From Phoronis australis (taxonomy: Eukaryota; Animalia; Phoronida): a stretch of DNA of 64,000 nucleotides. Location of the stretch: positions 372,001 to 436,000 of the forward strand of contig NMRA01000089.1 in the NCBI GenBank assembly GCA_002633005.1, given 5' to 3'. Below are positions 48,648 through 61,200 of the stretch, piece after piece. Positions within the stretch are counted from its first letter, which is position 1. Each line of letters opens with the position of its first letter. The position numbers were made by a program, and so were the translations under genes. The notes below the pieces were generated by a model. The model did not search any database. It worked only from the letters and a program-made list of their open reading frames with translations, and was not told the DNA's origin.

Positions 48648-49265
48648 TGCAGTGCTAAAATTTTTTATTTATTAGCGTATTGGAACGAAAGCCATATTTG
48701 GCATTCAGTCAACGCTTATGATGGTGAAAGATCAAACTAGTGGTCACGAATAATGTTAAAAAAATTCAATCAGCTTCCAGACCTAAAATATTTGTGGAAG
48801 AGCATAAGAGTAGTGTGGGAATTCCATTTGTAAACTGGTCTCACTTTGTTTTCAACACATGGAGGGACCTCTATCACCCAACCATTGTTGATTGAGTTAT
48901 TAAGGTTTCAGTTGATATGAAGCTCCATTTGTTAAACTGAAGTATGTATTGTCACGGATAGTTCTCAGAATATGTCTGAATAAACGTGAGCATACTGACG
49001 ATAGGGACTAGTTTGAATCATAATGTCCTGTGAACTGTAAGATTTAGAAAAATTGGCTACACTACAAACTAAAGGTACGTACCTTAATTTCCCTGCAGCT
49101 TGCCTTGTCAAAAATATGATCATGTCCTCCTGGGAGTGTTGTCTACAGTCTATTATAGCTTAGGTCCCCTTAAATGTTAGAACTGGCCACACACTATGCA
49201 TTTTTTTCCGTGAGCCGTGAAGACAGTCTATTCTCATACTGTTTTTGATTAAAGGATAGCCCAAG

Positions 49266-52200
49266 ATGGTGGTTGCTCTGCGTATGTCCCACTTTGGCCG
49301 CCAGATGGCAGCACGCCGGCTGTTTGGACAGAGTGGCCGCCTGCTGGTTTCCAAGAACAGGTATGAGGTGCGCATGGCGTCGTCTTCACAAGTAAAGGAG
49401 ATCAAGAAGGTCATGGCTGCAAACAGAGGTAGGTCTCCTCATCTGTTTATTACAAAACGTACACCCCAGAATTCTTCACAGATGTATCGGGTAAACAACT
49501 TTAATGCTGGAAGCTATTTTTCAGAGAAGACTAAACAGGGGGAGAGGGGTGGGTTGCATTCTCCTAAAGACACTTGCATTTGTGGCGAGAAATCGTCCAT
49601 CCCTCTTTTCAACATTTCAACTTCACCGACCATTCACTTCAGTGGTCGTCATTTTACTCGTGTACGCTGGTAGCCACCAGAGCATACTTGCGAAACGCTC
49701 GTTTTTCACTCGCACGTTATGTCCGACTATTATCGCCAACACTTCAGAAAGTTTCCCTTTCAATCTTAAAAGTGATCTTATGGTTGTTAACATCTTTATT
49801 GTCTCATACGTTATCAAAATAGGATCATACACTGTTTTATTCAGGCGAGATTGCCATTCGAGTATTCCGGGCTTGCACGGAGATGAACATTCGCACTGTC
49901 GCCATTTACTCTGAGCAAGATCGCATGCACATGCACCGGCAGAAAGCGGACGAATCTTACCTGGTGGGCAAAGGCCTGCCCCCTGTGGCTGCCTACCTGA
50001 ACATACCTGAAATCATTCAAATAGCCAAGGTCAGTGGGGGGGATAGTGGTGTTACAGTTTGTGTCAAAAATAGTTTTTCAAATTAACTTGCTTTTCATTT
50101 GTAGTTCTCGTTGAAAGTCAGCAGAAATCAGGCTAATTTTCAAATGATTTAACGTTATTTCTACTCTGGTGTCCTTCTGGGCTTTTTAACATGTTCAAAC
50201 TAAAACCACTCGAAAGTATTGAAAAATATACTATGAAAGACTGTGCTTCACAACTTAGTGTTCTCATGAAGTGTTGGGAGTAGAATCCTAATTTGAATAC
50301 CAGATAAAAATATGTATCATGTAGTTGAGGTGGTTTTATGACTTTCTCTTTACAGGAAAACAACGTGGATGCTATTCACCCAGGTTACGGCTTTCTGTCG
50401 GAGAGATCCGACTTTGCTCAAGCATGTACTGATGCTGGTATCACGTTCATCGGCCCATCACCAGAGGTGGTGCGCAAGATGGGTGACAAGGTGGAAGCGC
50501 GACAAGCAGCCATTGATGCAGGTAACACGGGACAGTCGTTATGGAGCCTTTCAAGACCTATCTTCAAATTTTTAAGAATGTTTACATCATTAAGATAAGA
50601 ACTGTTATTGGGCTTTGACGTGCACACGTCAAGTCAGCTTTTTGGTTTGGAGCACTTGCAGAGCAATCGCTATCAGTCTTCTTTGTTCCCAAGCCTGTGT
50701 GGTCGGAGATATTCATATCCCAATTTTTAGGGATTATTCAAAGATATCGGTTTGGCGATGGCTCCTCTAGTAATTATAGTAGACGTCTAGTTAATGGCGT
50801 CGAGGTGACAAAAAGACAGTTGCATTTTCATCCAAATATGTATTAAGTATGTATCAATGTCAGAATGGTACCACTGTTGCTAACAAGTGGAAAGTAAAAA
50901 CAGAATCATTTTCAGGGACGTGGTTATGGGAATCGTTATATTCTTAATACCAGTGACCAATTCTTTGTGAATAATTTTCATTGACAAAAATCCATTGGCG
51001 GATCATTGAGGTGCATTTGACAATGGATAGAATTCACTAAAAATCCATAAGCCGGAGTTTACTTTGTTGAAAAATGATAGTTGTTTTCTTGGTTATGAGC
51101 AAAATTCCAAAGTGGAATTGCTCTATCAATTGATAGAGTGCAGAATCCTTCTTTGCGTTGAGTTTTATGTAAGCTCAGTATTTTGGTATGTAATGGAGAG
51201 AACAAATATTGCGGAGTCGTCCCCGTTGTTTTGTGAATTGGAGGTTGACAGNCCATAAACAACAACAGGATAGCATATTATGTAACGACAGGATATAAAC
51301 ACATTCCAATACAGTTATCAGACGAGGTTAAGGGTGGATTGTTTTGTGTTGTTTCCAAGATTTTTAAAGTGATTCATTTCGTTTTTCTTGTTAAATGAGC
51401 ACTTTTCATTAATTAAAAAGTTTGAATTTACAATTTACCATTAACAGAAGTTTGTAACTGGTGCTTTCCAATCAACTTTGTGGCACATGGTCTAATAAAA
51501 GGTAGAGGCATGCCCATCAGAGAAATGTACATATATACGTTGAAGTTACATTTGTACAGCATATCTAGTTTTCTTGATCAATTATTTGTGTTCCTACTGA
51601 CATGGCGGGTTGATGAGACACTAATTTTTGCACAAAGTGCAAAACATAAGGTTTGCAAATATGAAGATTTGTAATCTCCTGTTTACATGAAATGCAGTTT
51701 GATCTCAGTGGAGCACATAGAATATCATTTTGAGCATTTTCCCGGATGCACACCTGTTTTATAGCTGTTAAGACTGAGCGACCTCCCTCTCATCAACACG
51801 GCAATAGTCGGATATAACGTACACACATTTTCAAAACTAGTTTGATGCCTGTTATTCATTGGAGAAAACTGGTTCTCAAAATACAGGCACGTTATGTCCG
51901 ACTATTATTGCCAACACTTCAGACAGTTTCCCTTTCAATCTTAAAAGTGATCTAATGGTTGTTAACATCTTTATTGTCTCATACGTTATCAAAATAGGAT
52001 CATACACTGTTTTATTCAGGCGAGATTGCCATTCGAGTATTCCGGGCTTGTACGGAGATGAACATTCGCACTGTCGCCATTTACTCTGAGCAAGATCGCA
52101 TGCACATGCACCGGCAGAAAGCGGATGAATCTTACCTGGTGGGCAAAGGTCTGCCCCCTGTGGCTGCCTACCTGAACATACCTGAAATCATTCAAATAGC

Positions 52201-55200
52201 CAAGGTCAGTGGGGGGGATAGTGGTGTTACAGTTTGTGTCAAAAATGGCTTTTCAAATTAACTTGCTTTTCATTTGTAGTTGTCGTTGAAAGTCAGCAGA
52301 AATCAGGCTAATTTTCAAATGATTTAACGTTATTTCTACTCTGGTGTCCTTCTGGGCTTTTTAACATGTTCAAACTAAAACCACTCGAAAGTATTGAAAA
52401 ATACACTATGAAAGACTGTGCTTCACAACTTAGTGTTCTCATGAAGTGTTGGGAGTAGAATCCTAATTTGAATACCAGATAAAAATATGTATCATGTAGT
52501 TGAGGTGGTATTATGACTTTCTCTTTACAGGAAAACAACGTGGATGCCATTCACCCAGGTTACGGCTTTCTGTCGGAGAGATCCGACTTTGCTCAAGCAT
52601 GTACTGATGCTGGTATCACGTTCATCGGCCCATCACCAGAGGTGGTGCGCAAGATGGGTGACAAGGTGGAAGCGCGACAAGCAGCCATTGATGCAGGTAA
52701 CACGGGACAGTCGTTATGGAGCCTTTCAAGACCTATCTTCAAATTTTTAAGAATGTTTACATCATTAAGATAAGAACTGTTATTGGGCTTTGACGTGCAC
52801 ACGTCAAGTCAGCTTTTTGGTTTGGAGCACTTGCAGAGCAATCGCTATCAGTCTTCTTTGTTCCCAAGCCTGTGTGGTCGGAGATATTCATATCCCAATT
52901 TTTAGGGATTATTCAAAGATATCGGTTTGGCGATGGCTCCTCTAGTAATTATAGTAGACGTCTAGTTAATGGCGTCGAGGTGACAAAAAGACAGTTGCAT
53001 TTTCATCCAAATATGTATTAAGTATGTATCAATGTCAGAATGGTACCTCTGTTGCTAACAAGTGGAAAGTAAAAACAGAATCATTTTCAGGGACGTGGTT
53101 ATGGGAATCGTTATATTCTTAATACCAGTGACCAATTCTTTGTGAATAATTTTCATTGACAAAAATCCATTGGCGGATCATTGAGGTGCATTTGACAATA
53201 GAATTCACTAAAAATCCATAAGCCGGAGTTTACTTTGTTGAAAAATGATAGTTGTTTTCTTGGTTATGAGCAAAATTCCAAAGTGGAATTGCTCTATCAA
53301 TTGATAGAGTGCAGAATCCTTCTCTGCGTTGAGTTTTATGTAAGCTCAGTATTTTGGTATGTAATGGAGAGAACAAATATTGCGGAGTCGTCCCCGTTGT
53401 TTTGTGAATTGGAGGTTGACAGATGTGTATTGTGCTGTTACAGGTGTTCAGGTAGTCCCAGGAACACCTGGTCCGGTCACCTCAGCCCAGGAAGCAATAG
53501 AGTTTTGTCAGCAGTACGGACTCCCCGTCATATTCAAGGCTGCCTACGGAGGGGGTGGGCGTGGCATGAGGGTGGTCAAAGATATGAAGGTACAGTGAGG
53601 GTACACGCGTCCCAAATTCTGGGGCTATTTGGTTAGATCTAGGTAGTTATCAGTGACCTGAGGTACTACAGTATTTTGTTTTGCATTTCTCGGGCCATAC
53701 TTCTTGTTCAGTCTTTGATCTAGGTGTCAAACATGATTTCCCTAACTGAATAATTATGTGTTTCATTATTACTGTATCATTAGCAGAATTAAATCAACAA
53801 TAACTATATTCCAAGTTTCATGCTTTCTTGAATCATCTTTTAAAGTGTTTTTTTGTACAGAGTCCAGAAATTATGATGAAGTGATTGTTGTCACTTTATT
53901 TATCAATCACGTGAGCTGAGGGTACGTTTAAATTATGTTTATATTTATTTTTTGAAATTCAACAATCATTGCAGGATGTCGAGGAGAGTTTCATCAGAGC
54001 AAGCTCTGAAGCAGAAGCTGCCTTTGGCAATGGGGCCATGTTTCTAGAGAAGTTTATTGAGCGACCTAGGCACATTGAGGTACAACTTCTAGGTAAGGGG
54101 TGACTTGGCAAAATTCGATACCAGTCTTGCTGATAAGCATTGTAGTTTTCTGAAGGAAATTGTCCTAGTTTTGTGTTTAGAAAGTGACGTTGACACCGCA
54201 AGTCGTCCTAGAAGAAGTTAATACTGGAACGATTTGTCGCTAGGTTTTGAATTAGAACTACTGTGGATACTATTTTCACTTGGTCAACTTAGCCCACATT
54301 ATCGAAGTAGGGTAACTTTTTCATGGGTAACTTGTCACAGCGTAAGTCACAATGTGGGCGCAAACCTGCAGACAAGGCAGAAATCGTTACCAGCTGTGCC
54401 CTTGCTCAGTTACTTTCACACGGATGTCTTACCATTTTTTTGCCATATTTGTCGTTTGGTGTATAGGAGTTGTAGTGTGGACACTGGGCTGAATGAGGAC
54501 AATTTGCTCTAAGGCAAGTTGTTCTCTGGTAAGTCATAGTGTGGGTATAACTGAAGTGGCAAATTGCTTTGACATTTTTTGATTCTTGCTCGTTTCTTAG
54601 TTGGAGAACATCTGAGGTTTTTTAATTGACCAAAGTTATTCTAAAAAATTGATGACGATATTCTGTAAGTAATCCCTATATCGTCAGTGCCAGACTTCCA
54701 AATAAAGCAGCACCTGCTTGGTGGACCAGTTATCATGTTAGACGGCATGATGGTGAACCTATCCATCATATTTATTGATGTAATCTGTTGACCGTTGCTG
54801 ATGTCTAGAGACGATATAAACTACCTTGTCCCTTATTGAAATACCCAGGTGATGATATTGTGAGGAAGTGAGAAAAATGTGTTAGACTTTTTGAGCGTAG
54901 GAGAGACTGATGAGGGAGGGTAAATCCTACAAATCACGTTTCATTTTTGCTTTCCATACAGGTGACAAGTATGGTAACGTGGTTCATCTGTATGAGCGTG
55001 ACTGCTCCGTTCAGCGCCGGCACCAGAAAGTGGTGGAGATTGCACCTGCACCACATCTGTCACCGACAGTGCGCCAACGGATGACTGACGATGCTGTACG
55101 ACTGGCTCAGTATGTAGGCTATGAGAATGCAGGCACTGCCGAGTTCCTGTTGGATGAGAACGGCAACTACTATTTTATCGAGGTCAACGCTCGTCTACAG

Positions 55201-58200
55201 GTGGAGCACACTGTAACAGAAGAAGTGACAGGGTGGGTACGCTGGACACTGACGGTTGATTAGTTTATGCTGCACTCTCTGTTCAAAGCCGATGTGGTTT
55301 TGTTTGTACTGAAAAATGCAAGTTGTCGGTTATCTTATTTTACTCACCTGTGTGCCCCTGACTTATACTGAAGTGGAACATTACTTTTTTCAAATCTTTT
55401 TGGCCCCTACAGGGTATTTTTCTATAAGAGGTATTTTGAACCAGCAAATGGCATTTAAATTAATGTTCATTTTCTCGAGGCTGAAGTTTGATGCATTGGG
55501 TATGTTTTGAAAATGTCAGTTGGTCTTAGTATGGTGTTTTCTCTCGCATTTCCATTCTGATAAGTGTTGCTCAATCATCAATACAACAGCCTCAGTATGT
55601 GACAATGAGCAATGATGCCAGGCACAGGTGATTAGATTAATTCAATATCGATTCAGCTGATTACATGCAGAGTGTTGACAATATGGGGCTTTTAGTTTGA
55701 ATAATAAAACTTATTTTTTATGCGCCCACATATTTATATGTGGACGCATTATGCCGTCATCTCTGTCCGTCCGTCCGTCCGTCTGTCCGGGCGGCGTCCG
55801 GCGTCCGCTGCTCTATCTCCAAAACCCTTTGACATACGTTCATGAAATTTGGCACATATGTTCCATTCATGAATGGGACGGCATGTGCGAACTTTCGGAC
55901 GGATCCGACTACCGGTGTGCCCCCTAGTGGCAATTTTAGTTTNTTCTATGGAGCTATTTAGATCATTGTTCAAAAATCTATGAATAGGTTTATGGTTCAT
56001 ATTCCAAGTTGTAGGCAAATACCATTTAGTAACCTTTGGTAAGAGTCCCTCCTTCAAGCATATTTTCTTGTCAAGATGTACTATGTACTATAATTGATTG
56101 CGCTCTAGCTGACAGAATATAACCTTGTAATCCGAGTTCAATCCTTGAGCAACTGTGTGATCATCGAAAAAGGCAGCAATAACTAACTTGATTTTAATTC
56201 AATTCAACTGTTACTGAACTCAGCTGTTAATTCTTAAACTACTCTGTAGGTGTTCCGTAGTGGTGAGGGCATGGGTATTCGTCTGGATGGTGCCTCGGCC
56301 TTTGCTGGAGCCATCATTTCGCCGTACTACGACTCTCTATTGGTCAAGATCATAGCCTCGGCAGCCACTCACCAGGCGGCGTGTGCTAAGATGTTGAGAG
56401 CTTTACAGGAATTCAGGATACGTGGAGTCAAGGTATGTACTAAATGAAAATTATTGATGTTGAAAAATATGAAATGCAGCATTGGTTTCAACATCCTTTT
56501 TGTGTTTTTGTTTTTATTACTAATTCCATGGCAATGTGTTGGACATGTTCCCTTTTTCTGAGTCCTAAGTCGTGTTTACTCTATTTACAGACAAACATCC
56601 CTTTTCTGCTGAACGTCCTGCAAAACGAAAAGTTCCTTTCTGGCAGTGTTGACACGTACTTCATTGATGAGCACCCCAACCTGTTCACATTTGTTCCAAG
56701 TCAGAACCGTGCACAGAAGCTGCTCCACTACCTCGGTGATGTCATGGTCAACGGACCCTCCACACCTTTGGCTACTAACCTGGAACCTCCGCAAGTTGTG
56801 CCCAACGTTCCAGAACTTCCATTTGGTAAGTAATGATCAGGGAGATGTCACGGGGTTGATGAGTTGAGCTTAGGGCCATGGCAGTGCTGTTACAAGATTC
56901 TACTGTGAGTACCCCTAGATGTCGTGTCTTCCCTTGGGTAATGATGGAAAGATTCATGTTCGAGGGCAATTGTTGGATGCAATTATGAACTTTGTTTTAA
57001 GGTGTTTGATGCTATTTGAAACACTGTTGTTAGTATTGCATCTGTTTTAGCAATGAAACCAACTGTAGGCACTTTTATGACTGGAGACTTGTTAGGTGAA
57101 TCTCCTATAAAAATCAATTGATGAAAATGGTAAGACCAATTAGTTGAGTCTGGTCTGTGGATTTATTAAAAATCAAGCCAGTGGAGTGGAATGTTTTTAC
57201 TTCCTTACAGTTTCAAAAAATAAAATCCACCCGAGTGAGACGAGCAAATATGATGCCATGGCTTGGCAAATCATGTCGTTTGAAACTTTGCTTACCTTTG
57301 CTTTTGTGCAGCTTTTCAAAGAACACCAGACCTTGGCAGAAACTGAGGCGGGAGGGTATTTTCTCAGTCTGTAGGTGAAGGTCTCAAAATGAGTCGGGTG
57401 CCAACCATGCTTCGTTTTGGTGTAACAAATCCTGTGCACGCATATTGACAAGGCAAAGGGGAGTTCCAGAATTTGTCTTGTATGTGTGATAAGTTTTGTA
57501 ACAGAAAATGTATCGTGCCAAACTTTTAATACAGAATGTAGCGTCAAGGTGGACTTGAGTGAGTTTCTTGTATTTTTTGATATTAGTGACTGCTTGTGAA
57601 ATATGGCTTCATTTAAATTGCTCTTTATTTTATAGCCAAGAAAGGTAAGTTTTTAGGGATTTTTTTTTCATTTTATCACTGCTGCTTGTTTTTATATCTG
57701 TCTCCCTGTTATGTCACAGTCCCCTTTGCTGAGGTTTGGGATCTTGATATTTTGAAATAATTGTCGAGGCTGTGTTCAGTATCGTGGTCTCGTTACTTAC
57801 AAGTGAAAATAAGTAAGATCACATGATTGCTCTGACTATATGTGAAAAATACTTAATATGCGAACTCACAAAACGTCCACACAAGGGTAGCTTTCTCAAT
57901 TTATTTTGGTTTTGGTCTTAGTGAATTAGACTTTCTATCACCTTCCGTTGTTACTTAAATTGGAAACATAAAATTTTGCAGTTCTTTAGTACTTGGATGG
58001 AACGCATGTGGCCCAAAGATGAGTGAACAAAAGTTTATTCATCTGCTCGTTATTTTGGAATGTTGAAATTAACTAACAAAAACGTGCCATCTCCAGTTAA
58101 GTCTTCCTGTAGTGGGTTACCATGACAACATGTAATTCAGTATCATTGTATACCTTGCGAAGTAGCTTAAATAAGAATTTGGTGAGGATGTTCGATAACA

Positions 58201-61200
58201 AAACTGTATTAGAAGTAGCTTAAATAAGAATTTGGTGAAGATGTTCGATAACAAAACTGTATTACAACGTCATGTAGCAAAACAATATACCTCTAGCTGT
58301 TGGCAAGCCGGGTGATATAACTGAGCTCATCGGCCTTTGATGCAAATGAAAAGACGGTATAAGCAATCCAGAAACTTCGTGCCTGAATAAATTTAGCGAA
58401 AGAATTATGGTGACATCCTTGGCGAAAATCCTTTGCCAAATATGTCAAACTAAACTTCCTCACAATGATCATTTGGTAACAAACATAATGTTTTAGTTTC
58501 TCAAACTTTTCCATTTTTTTGAAGTAATTGTTTGTAGGAACACAACGTAAAGGTTAGACTGTAATGCCTTCATGAAGTCACATAGACATAATATAACAAG
58601 AACTAGAACATTCCTGTTCTTCTCACCAAGTGCTATTGCGCGGTTTTACGAGAACTGCACTGTCAGTCCGGTCATTCATGTACATACATTTTGCTAAATA
58701 CTGCACATCAGTCAGTCTATAGCATTTTGGTGGTTGTGCATCAAGCCTCAAATCTGAGTTGCTTGAAGCTAGCATAGCCAGCGTCTCTTACTACCAGAGC
58801 TGCAGCTGCTTGGGCACCTTCAGTTCATTGCATTTCATTTTCCCCGTGGAGCAATTGTGGTATAATGTCGTCACGCTGCTCACCAGTTCGCTTACACTTC
58901 ACTCCCGCATGCAAATTTTGTTCATCAATGACCAGCAATTCGTAGGTGCTGCATCTCGGTGCCTGTCTGTTCAGAGAGTATACCACCAGTTTGGTTTATT
59001 CGCATGCTTGTTGGCATCCTGTTTGTTGATTCCTTCTCTCTTTTGCCAGCAGCTTTTTTAGCTGAAACTAGAAAAACAAGCAACAGAGGAATCAAACAGG
59101 AAACCAAGTCATTCAAATGTCAATAAAAACTAATAACTATGCTGAGGTAATAAGCTACCTTCGTTACCAATGATCGAATTTTTTAAATCATTTTTTGTGT
59201 TAATAGTAGACCCATAAAACTATGATGATCACAAAATCTTGTTACATGCATGAAAGTTAAATGAAAGTTAAGTCCAGATGTTTGTAATACTGTTCTTTCA
59301 GAAAAGAAGATTTTTCACTGAGATCATTCCGTTTTCCACAGACACAATTTCGCACAAAACTTGCAAATTCGTTTTTATTGGCTGCAAAGGCATTTTCTGG
59401 TTATCCCTTTAAAAGGCATTTTATCCCAAGAGCTCGTCTGTCAAAAATCAAGGAATGTTGGTACCTTCATTTTTGACATCAGAGTTCTCGGGCTACAGCA
59501 CTTTTACGCAAGATCCCAGGCACGCTTTTGTTGCCAATAAATTAAGTAACAGAATTTGCAAGTTTCGTATGGAAACATCCGAATGTTTATGGAAAGTAAG
59601 GTGATCTTCTTGAAACATCACAGGACTGGATATTTTTGAAAAAACATGGTCATACGAACATTTGGGCATTATATTATTATACGCTCTGTGATTCTGGGAA
59701 CATCAAGTATGTTAAAAGTCTACAATTTCAATTAAAATACTTTAAGAAATGTTGTTTAAGAAATGTGATCTTTGTTAATGAACGTAGCCAATTACCTTAA
59801 CAAGTTGTCTTGGTGTGAGGCCATTCTAATAGATGTTGGTATGGTTTTGGTGCAGCTTCAACAGAATTGCATTCCAAATTGATGGCAGCTTGTCATAACC
59901 TGCCCTGCAGTATCATGGTATTGATAGTCATATGCAGTCCAAGGTCATGTAGACTTTGTTGAACTGTCTGTCTACTGGCTTGGATGTGTGCAGACGAAGA
60001 TTAAGGTTGATCGTTTGAGACTTACATTCAATGAGAAGTCACTAGGGTTTTTAATTTATGACTGTGAAGGCCAGGTTGTTTGAGCATGTGTTGCTCAGGT
60101 TAAAAAATGTTCCAAAGAACCTAGCACGAGACATCAGTTGTCATTTGTTGCCCCACACTCCAACTTCTGTTCAATTTTCTCTTGTTTTTGTGGTGCAACG
60201 GGTGATATCTTTTGAATTAGAACACTTACTTTGGGAGTTGTTGATTTTGTTCAACTATCCATGTTATAAACATTCAGTATTTACTAGAATTGTGTTCATA
60301 GCAACCACAATTATGGAACACTTCACAATTCTTCCTCAACATCCTATCTAGTCATCTGCTGGTTGTTCACTTCTCTTTTATCCTGCAGGTGATCCAGTTC
60401 CAAAAGGCTGGAGGGACATACTGGTCCGCGACGGTCCGGAGGCGTTCGCCAAAGCTGTCCGTCAACACAAGGGACTACTTCTGATGGACACCACTTTTCG
60501 TGATGCTCACCAGTCCCTGCTTGCCACCAGGGTGCGTACGTATGACTTGAAGCGCGTATCACCCTTTGTGGCGCACAGGATGAACAATCTTTTTAGCTTG
60601 GAGAACTGGGGAGGTGAGTTGGCTATTTTGATTATTTAAAATAATTTTTATTGGAAAATAATGTTTATTGGATAATTTTGTGCTGATTCATTCCACACTT
60701 GTCCTTGAGCTCTTTGCTTGGCAAAAGTGACAACCAAGCTGAACCTAACTTGTTGAGCCTGGTTGCATGCAAAAGCTAACTGTCAGTTGTTCCCAAGCCC
60801 AGAAGTTCAATCTTTATTAAAGGCAGCTTATAATGCCTTCAGTGAGAGTTTGTGTACCCAGACAATTCCAACATTAAGAAAGCCTTGTTTTGCCATCTCT
60901 GTTGGCGGTCATTTGGTATTAAATCCTATTTATTCATATTCTACGCTGCCTAGTCCCAGAATGTACACTGTATTGTCACATAATTACTGATACTCCTGTC
61001 CTCTGATCGGCTAGAGCACAGTAAACTGACTCCCATTATGAGCTATTTTCACCCACAAGCCATGGAATGTCACTTTTCATTCAAGCCATCTTTGCAAGGG
61101 TTGCTGTGTGTGTGTTATGTATGCACTCATGTATTGCCATCTATTGGATGTTGAATAAACTGTCTGCCTACTGGATGGATCTAGAAATCCGAAGGAATCC

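Noticed and set aside
57312-57374. Additional PC cassette exon after ttttgtgcag
   Set aside because: In-frame TGA after 11 codons in phase 1 and no donor before it; could only be a poison exon, with no support.
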